Positions 7,166 through 13,180 of a DNA stretch of 13,180 bases are shown piece by piece. The DNA comes from Candidatus Thorarchaeota archaeon (GTDB taxonomy: Archaea; Asgardarchaeota; Thorarchaeia; Thorarchaeales; Thorarchaeaceae): contig JBHLRZ010000010.1 in the NCBI GenBank assembly GCA_048882045.1, positions 78,039 to 91,218 of the forward strand, written 5' to 3'. The stretch's first letter is position 1. Every line of letters begins with the position of its first letter. Under the pieces are notes generated by a model. That model had not been told where the DNA came from. It saw nothing but the letters and a program-made list of their open reading frames with translations, and did no database searches. Both the position numbers and the translations under genes were made by a program.

Positions 7166-8791
7166 CTAAGATTCTGATGGTGCACCAATCAATTTGAATC
7201 CTGCCCAATCATAGTATCCTAGTTTCTTAGCTAATTTTTGTTGAGCCTTTCTCAAGGCTTCAGCATAATCAAATAACTTACCATTCTCCTTTTGAGAACG
7301 GAGATTGTCATAGAATGATAACATTAATTGCGTCGTCGAATCTGTATTTACACTCCATAATGTGGCGATTACAGCACTTGCACCCGCGCTCAAGAATCCT
7401 CTACCAAGATCTAGAAAGTCTGATGGAGTAATAGTACCTCGTGTAGTTCCACACGCACTTAAGGTCACAAGTTGGCCTTCCAGTTGCCAACCTAAGAGGT
7501 CACGAAATGATAGAATATTCTTCTTCAACAGTTTCTCTTTAGTTGTCAATACAAGGCCAGATTCCATATAATTCTCGGAATCAAAAAGACCATGACATGA
7601 GAAGTGTAGTATATTCGCAGTTGGAAGATGTCTTTTAATTTCACTTTTTGGAATCTCTTTGCCAGAGAGACACATACCAGGGAATCTTTGAATTATAGCC
7701 CGGGCTTCGTCTTCGAACATACGTACTGGTTTCGGCCCAGATGTTTTGCCTACACCAATTGAAAGAATATTAAATTTCACCTCTCTTGTCTTCTTTGAGA
7801 TCAGAATCTTGAGAGATGTGATATTCGGAATGTATACAACCGATGCTTTAGCAATCAAAGGCTGTCCATTAGAAAGTTGTATTGCATGTAGAGGCAACTT
7901 CAGCAAGTCACCATGAGGGATAAGAATGACCAGAATGTCTTGGTCGATCACATGTTCTATTTTGGAGAACATATCCCGAGCAAGTTCAATCCAAAGGTCA
8001 GTACTCCGTCCTCGAAAAGTGATAACCTCTCGCTCGTAGGTGTTGATTAGATTCTGTAAATCGGACTGTGTGATATCAGTTTGAAAAACCGAGGGCTTTT
8101 CATGCTCAGGTTTCAGTGCAAAGAATACAAGGCCATCATTGATGACAGCCATGGTAACTAACACAGTAGGTCTTTTCAGAGATAACAGCAATTCTTTGGT
8201 TTTGGTGAAATCTATCAGCTCGGAATATTCATCCATGGACTTTTCAACTAGGATATCGGTAAATGCTTGTGTCCTCACCCACTCTTGAAGCTCAAAAGCA
8301 CGGATAATCTTCCCTTTTTCGAGGTAATATGATACACATTCACTGATCAAACCAACGATTTCATCAGCAAAACGAATTCTGTCACTATCTTGAGACAAAC
8401 TGCGACGCAAGTTGATGAGTCTTACAAGAATCTCAGAAGCATATTCATCAATTAATTCGTCGTTTTCAACCATTAATGATGTTTTCAAAAGATACCTGTC
8501 ACAATCAATTGCCAAACTCAATAGGTCTTTAGACAAAGCAATATCTTTTGCTGCACTCACCTTTTCCATAGTTCTATATATCTGACCTAATGACAATTGA
8601 CTACCACTACGGATGATTCTAGCTTGGTTGAGTGTAGCATATATCTTCTGACTAACATTGCCCGTTGATTCATAATACTCTATGACCTCATTCATTAGTT
8701 GATACGCTTTTGAAACATCGCCATTTTTCGCACACTCCCTAGCTTGAAGCGTCTTTTGATGAACCCACATTAACGGATCATTTGATTTCAT
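7166..8791 (-). CDS. CHAT domain protease (caspase/separase-like, clan CD) with an N-terminal TPR-like helical region
   Basis: CHAT motifs AFELQEWVRTQAFTDIL, ILIPHGDLLKLPLHAI, ILHFSCHG (His400), LVTLSACGT (Cys447), FLSAGASAVIATLWSV, AEALRKAQ and WAGFKLIG. Confidence 0.95.
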   Translation of the reverse strand: MKSNDPLMWVHQKTLQARECAKNGDVSKAYQLMNEVIEYYESTGNVSQKIYATLNQARIIRSGSQLSLGQIYRTMEKVSAAKDIALSKDLLSLAIDCDRYLLKTSLMVENDELIDEYASEILVRLINLRRSLSQDSDRIRFADEIVGLISECVSYYLEKGKIIRAFELQEWVRTQAFTDILVEKSMDEYSELIDFTKTKELLLSLKRPTVLVTMAVINDGLVFFALKPEHEKPSVFQTDITQSDLQNLINTYEREVITFRGRSTDLWIELARDMFSKIEHVIDQDILVILIPHGDLLKLPLHAIQLSNGQPLIAKASVVYIPNITSLKILISKKTREVKFNILSIGVGKTSGPKPVRMFEDEARAIIQRFPGMCLSGKEIPKSEIKRHLPTANILHFSCHGLFDSENYMESGLVLTTKEKLLKKNILSFRDLLGWQLEGQLVTLSACGTTRGTITPSDFLDLGRGFLSAGASAVIATLWSVNTDSTTQLMLSFYDNLRSQKENGKLFDYAEALRKAQQKLAKKLGYYDWAGFKLIGAPSES

Positions 8792-8796
8792 TTGTA

Positions 8797-9735
8797 TTAG
8801 CTCTCCAGATCTTTGATTCTAGCTCTGATGCTCGGATTAAGCTGGTCCATACTAAGCTCATAACTTAGCATAAGTAGGACTCGATTAGCTAATCCGGTTG
8901 CATTTAATGAATCAAAAATAGAAAGCGCTTCTAGAGCAGTTTCACGACCATCTTTCACTCTTTTGAGCAAAAAATATGACGATGCGAGGTTCATTAGGTT
9001 CGTACCTATAGCATTGTAGTCTTTGAACCGCTCAAAAATATCAATAGCTGCCAAATACTGTTCGACTGCCTTCTCATATCTATCTAGGTACCTATATGCA
9101 ATACCCAAAGACCCTTTGATGCCTCCCTCCGCTTCCAAATCACCCAAATATTTGGCACAGGATAAAGCTACTTCACATTGCTGTACAGCATCCTGATATT
9201 TGGCTTTCCGTAAGTGGATAGATACGAGTGATCTGCGAATTGCCATTTCATCTTTCTTATCAGGCCATTGAGATCCCGTTGCGATTGTTAGAGCTTCTAT
9301 AGCAGTTCTTTCAGCTAGTTCTACATCACCCATTTCCAACATTGTTTTTGCCATTATCGAACCCGCACTACGACGCTTCGATGGATGTTCAATCAGTCCC
9401 CAAATCTTGTTCATCTTATCATAGATACTACCAACGTCCCCTCCTGATGACATGGCAATCTGTAATGCTCGGTTCAACACCTCAATTGCCTCATATTGTA
9501 ATCCCAAATTCAATGATGCATCAGCTGCTCTATCCCATGAAATTATAGATTTGTCAAATTGCCCCAACCTAGCATATGCAACCCCCATATTACCAAGTGC
9601 CCAATGATGATAGCGAATTGATTCTGGGGACTGGTCTTTGACCAATTTTTCGAATTCAGAGATCGCGCTTTTGAAATCACCTTTGCTCAGAAAACTCATT
9701 GCTTCTTCCCAGTGCTTCGGATGACTTGGATTCAT
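8797..9735 (-). CDS. Tetratricopeptide repeat protein (312 aa)
   Basis: TPR consensus repeats, e.g. ALGNMGVAYARLGQFDKSI, GSLGIAYRYLDRYEKAVEQYLAAIDI and LMNLASSYFLL. The ATG overlaps the upstream TAA (TAATG), with GGAGG at 9746-9750. Confidence 0.92.
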   Translation of the reverse strand: MNPSHPKHWEEAMSFLSKGDFKSAISEFEKLVKDQSPESIRYHHWALGNMGVAYARLGQFDKSIISWDRAADASLNLGLQYEAIEVLNRALQIAMSSGGDVGSIYDKMNKIWGLIEHPSKRRSAGSIMAKTMLEMGDVELAERTAIEALTIATGSQWPDKKDEMAIRRSLVSIHLRKAKYQDAVQQCEVALSCAKYLGDLEAEGGIKGSLGIAYRYLDRYEKAVEQYLAAIDIFERFKDYNAIGTNLMNLASSYFLLKRVKDGRETALEALSIFDSLNATGLANRVLLMLSYELSMDQLNPSIRARIKDLES

Positions 9736-11579
9736 TATTTTCTTCCCTCCATATACAATCCGTAAAGTTCCACAGCTCTTTCCGGATCTTTTTCTAGTAG
9801 TAAGAAACTCAATTGCTGTAAGGACATCTTTTCATTGTCCCATGAATTTTTTATTTGTGCTTCATGAAGTGCACGTTCAGCATAGTGGATTGCTTCATTA
9901 GTATTGTTCAATCTAACATACATTTGACTTATGTTCATTAGAATAGTCCACAACTCGATTTCAGCTGCAAGTGGTTCAGCTATCCGTAAAGCTTCAAGGA
10001 AATCATTTCTCGCCTCTTCGTATCGATTTAGCCGCTCTAGAATAATTCCTCTTTCGTGAAGCAAATCAACTCTTGCTGAAAGAGTTCCTTTAGATTTCAA
10101 TTGGTCTAGTTTCTCATTTATCAGTTGGATTGCTCTCTCTAGGTCCTCCGGAGTTTCTGATTCGAGAGATAGTGACTTCAATCTGTGTAGAGGTATATAT
10201 GAATCACCAGCAGGACCTTTGACAATTGTTAAAATTTCATTAGGAATGTCTTTACCCACTGCAGCTGCGGCCCGTGTCAGCAAATCAATCATATTATCCC
10301 TAATTTCTTGCTCGATATCAATCACTTCAAACAGGGGAGCCAATTCCATGCATTCTTCAAAACACTCTTCCATTTGGTCTGCTAGAAACCTGAATCGTGC
10401 GTGGTTAAAACGACTTCTCATCATTCCGACTTGGTCATTCTGAGATTCAGCAATCCTAATCGTTTGCTGCATCGTTGATAAAGCAGCATCAAGGTTGCCC
10501 AGGCCCATATAGATTTCTGAAAGTCGAGAAAGTGATACTCCTTGGCTTTCAAGATCACCAGACCTCTCGAAAAGTTGTGATGCTTTTTCATAAGATTCTG
10601 CAGCTTTCCGGAGGTTTCTCATTCTGTAGTATGCCTTTCCCTGAATGAAATGACCATGGGCTGTGTCTATCTTTTTGGGACTTTTTTCAAGAAAGCTGTT
10701 CCATAATTGAGCAACTAATAATCCTATACTAGGTTTTATCCCAATGAATTGGTCAACAATAAAAAATACATCTAAAGCATCAGTTATATCAAATGGTAAT
10801 CTCTTACTTTCAGAAATAGCCTCTTTGAGGGTCATTTCATCTTTATAGACCGCTTCCGCAGTTTCTAGAAGAGGAAGGAATGAAGATTCATTTAGTACAT
10901 TAAATGTGCCCTCTAGATTCTTTCCATCAAACATTCTGTAAAGAATCAATGCATGCGCTGAATGAATGAATGCTCCCGCATGCAATGCTTCGACGATTAG
11001 ACTCTTTGTAAAAGGATACAAATCATCCAGTTTTAGATCTTGAATTGTTTCTTTCAATACTTTGTAATCCTTTAGGTTGAAAAGATAAGCCATCTTCTTA
11101 GCAGGAATCCATTCATCTATTCTTTCCAGGGGATCTTTCCCTTTCTCCATTGGATGATAATCAAGATCTTCTTCAGACATGATTTGTAGGAACATCGGAT
11201 CAAGTTCTGAAGTAGCATCAATTCGTTTTGTCAAATGATAGTGGAGCCTTGCTTCTTCATCCTTCTTCTGTTGCTGGAGAACTCGTGCTAATGCATGATG
11301 AATATCTGCAGGGAGAGGGCGATGATTATAGAATGCGGCCATTTCATATCTAGTGATATATGCAGGATCGTTTTCTAACGCTTTACGGAAATACGACTCT
11401 GCAGTTTCCCATTGTTCCGAGCGCTCATAACAGATTCCAATACTATACAACGCCCTTGGTGAAGAAGCATCAATTTCCAAAGCTTCATGATACTTGTCTT
11501 CAGCCTCCACGAGTTTTCCTTTTTGAAGTAAGATGTCACCTTCTTCGATTATCTTCTTGATACTCTCTTCATTGGTCAA
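9735..11579 (-). CDS. Tetratricopeptide repeat protein (614 aa; three TPR clusters separated by non-TPR helical segments)
   Basis: TTG start. TPRs include ALYSIGICYERSEQWETAESYFRKALENDP, QGKAYYRMRNLRKAAESYEKASQL, LSEIYMGLGNLDAAL and RGIILERLNRYEEARNDFLEAL. Confidence 0.92.
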   Translation of the reverse strand: MTNEESIKKIIEEGDILLQKGKLVEAEDKYHEALEIDASSPRALYSIGICYERSEQWETAESYFRKALENDPAYITRYEMAAFYNHRPLPADIHHALARVLQQQKKDEEARLHYHLTKRIDATSELDPMFLQIMSEEDLDYHPMEKGKDPLERIDEWIPAKKMAYLFNLKDYKVLKETIQDLKLDDLYPFTKSLIVEALHAGAFIHSAHALILYRMFDGKNLEGTFNVLNESSFLPLLETAEAVYKDEMTLKEAISESKRLPFDITDALDVFFIVDQFIGIKPSIGLLVAQLWNSFLEKSPKKIDTAHGHFIQGKAYYRMRNLRKAAESYEKASQLFERSGDLESQGVSLSRLSEIYMGLGNLDAALSTMQQTIRIAESQNDQVGMMRSRFNHARFRFLADQMEECFEECMELAPLFEVIDIEQEIRDNMIDLLTRAAAAVGKDIPNEILTIVKGPAGDSYIPLHRLKSLSLESETPEDLERAIQLINEKLDQLKSKGTLSARVDLLHERGIILERLNRYEEARNDFLEALRIAEPLAAEIELWTILMNISQMYVRLNNTNEAIHYAERALHEAQIKNSWDNEKMSLQQLSFLLLEKDPERAVELYGLYMEGRK

Positions 11580-11599
11580 GGAGAGTCAACCCCATGTTT

Positions 11600-13084
11600 C
11601 TATTCCGATGATCCGGAGATGATTTTGCTAAATCGTTCCAAGTCTTCCTGATCCCATCCAAGTCCGCGATATCCTGCCCTGAACAATGTTCCAAGAACTC
11701 CATTCAGAACATTGAGCGTCATAGGAGTCGTGTTCCTAAATATCTGAATAGTCGCCATGTCGTACAAGACAAAGTCTGCAGCTAGATCAAAGACCATCTG
11801 CATACTTGGTAACAGGAGAACGAGTTCACACAAAGTTTCATAGAACAATGTCACTAAGGGTTCAGGACGCATCCAGTCCCCATCCTTTGGATGAGAAACT
11901 GATAGATCACCCAATTTGAAATCAACATCCGCTTTACCAAGACCCTTTTCGTGACCCATCTTCACGTGAGCCACCTCCATCGGATCATAACCAATGATCT
12001 TGCATGCGATAGCATCTGCAGCGACCACATCATTTGTTGCAATGATGGTCTTGGAGTTGACAGGTGAACTTGACAATGGTCCGGAACCTTCACCCCCAAT
12101 GAAGCCATCAGTGATAACTAGGTTTGGAGTGAAGGCTCTATTTACCTCATAGATGACATTCTCAATACCAAACCTGTGGAACTTGGCCTTGTCCTCCTCT
12201 GGAAAAGTCCCATACATATTCTTCATTGCAATTGTTATGTTTGTAAGAAGATGGGTCTTCATCGCAGGGATCGAGATAATCACATCTGCTTCTACAAGCT
12301 CCTTCGAAACAGGAACTTTGCCAATCTTGCTATCCTCACCAAAATCAAACCTTACGAGGTCAGTTTCCCCGAGATTGATTAGGTCAACACCAACACGCTC
12401 AGCCCATTTATACCAACCTTGTGCTTCAGCTACAGGCTCGAATCGAGTCCATATCATATCGGAGTCTGCAATAACAGGATTCCCACCAGCACTCCGGACA
12501 AGCTCGACTACTTCTTCAACAACGTCTTGGCTAGCATAGGTTCCTTCAATCTCAGGATTACCACCGCATATATTTGGTTTAATCAGGACACGATCACCGT
12601 TCGTGACGTATTTCTCAATTCCGCCTATTTCCTCTATTGCCTCACGAACGAGAACTCGAGGGTCATCACCTCTCCGTACAGCAAAGACGGTATCGCCACG
12701 CTCCTTCTTACTGCTCTTTACATCTCCATAAGACACGGTCTGTGAGATGAAGAACCCCTCATCATAGCGTTGTGCTATAGTGAAACCAAGCAGGATCCAC
12801 ACAGGGTACAGAAAGAGATTGAGCAATGCAAACCACACAGGCACAGAGGCCTTGGTTATTCCCGTGAAGTTCGTGTGGAACATCCAGACTGGCCCCTCTG
12901 TAGGTGGGAGTGGCCAATCAATGACATCCATATACAATAGGGTACTTCCACCCATGAAACAGATGAAGACCCAGAAGGCGAGGACAATGACGTTCACCAA
13001 TTCACTCCAGTTTAGTCGTCGTCCTAGATAATACATCATTACCCCCAGCAGGAAGAGAGCTGGCGGGTCCAGTATGAAACTCAT
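11600..13084 (-). CDS. DUF362 domain protein with an N-terminal membrane region
   Basis: DUF362 motifs VLIKPN, IADSD, IISIPAMKTH, TIAMKNMYG, DGFIGGEGSGP and NDVVAADA. About three hydrophobic segments in residues 1-105. No C-terminal ferredoxin CxxCxxC. Confidence 0.9.
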   Translation of the reverse strand: MSFILDPPALFLLGVMMYYLGRRLNWSELVNVIVLAFWVFICFMGGSTLLYMDVIDWPLPPTEGPVWMFHTNFTGITKASVPVWFALLNLFLYPVWILLGFTIAQRYDEGFFISQTVSYGDVKSSKKERGDTVFAVRRGDDPRVLVREAIEEIGGIEKYVTNGDRVLIKPNICGGNPEIEGTYASQDVVEEVVELVRSAGGNPVIADSDMIWTRFEPVAEAQGWYKWAERVGVDLINLGETDLVRFDFGEDSKIGKVPVSKELVEADVIISIPAMKTHLLTNITIAMKNMYGTFPEEDKAKFHRFGIENVIYEVNRAFTPNLVITDGFIGGEGSGPLSSSPVNSKTIIATNDVVAADAIACKIIGYDPMEVAHVKMGHEKGLGKADVDFKLGDLSVSHPKDGDWMRPEPLVTLFYETLCELVLLLPSMQMVFDLAADFVLYDMATIQIFRNTTPMTLNVLNGVLGTLFRAGYRGLGWDQEDLERFSKIISGSSE

Positions 13085-13138
13085 TTTGATCCCCTACTAT
13101 TGCGCATCGTTTCTTTTCTTAAGAAACTGTTATCACAA

Positions 13139-13170
13139 TCTATAACTTTCGAAGAACATAAATCCTTCTG
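13139..13170 (-). promoter_or_regulatory. Putative BRE/TATA-like elements upstream of the DUF362-TPR-TPR-CHAT unit
   Basis: Minus strand CAGAAGGATTTATG and GAAAGTTATAGA. The 9-mer AAGGATTTA is identical to the one at the putative C25 promoter (3191-3199). Confidence 0.3.
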
Positions 13171-13180
13171 AAGAACTGAA

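Noticed and set aside
6798-13031. + strand ORFs overlapping ORF245, CHAT, TPR and DUF362 genes
   Set aside because: Antisense shadows of clearly recognisable minus-strand genes.
13115-13126. Palindrome TTTCTTAAGAAA upstream of DUF362
   Set aside because: Short and AT-rich, so plausible by chance without comparative support.
1-13180. CRISPR array, tRNA/rRNA, transposase or integrase
   Set aside because: No regularly spaced direct repeats, cloverleaf, rRNA-like segment or recombinase motifs were seen.

Overview
AT-rich window, probably archaeal. TATA/BRE-like boxes and the gene content suggest an Asgard/Thorarchaeia-like genome, which is inference only. Almost all genes lie on the minus strand, in three apparent transcription units. 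Unit 1 encodes a membrane-anchored DUF362 protein, a 614-aa TPR protein, a 312-aa TPR protein, a CHAT (caspase/separase-like, clan CD) protease with an intact His/Cys dyad, and a translationally coupled 245-aa beta-rich protein of unknown function. Unit 2 encodes a ~6-TM membrane protein with Vps62/NPP1-like motifs and a two-motif phospholipase D-superfamily enzyme. Unit 3 is a C25 (gingipain-family, also clan CD) protease with no signal peptide, a long structured leader and a hairpin/U-tract terminator. A small + strand ORF at the left edge follows an in-frame TGA. The best candidate for a new system is the split TPR-TPR-CHAT protease plus putative substrate/effector cassette, next to a PLD and a second caspase-clan protease. 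It may be a proteolysis-triggered defence or cell-death island. No rRNA, tRNA, CRISPR array or transposase was recognised.
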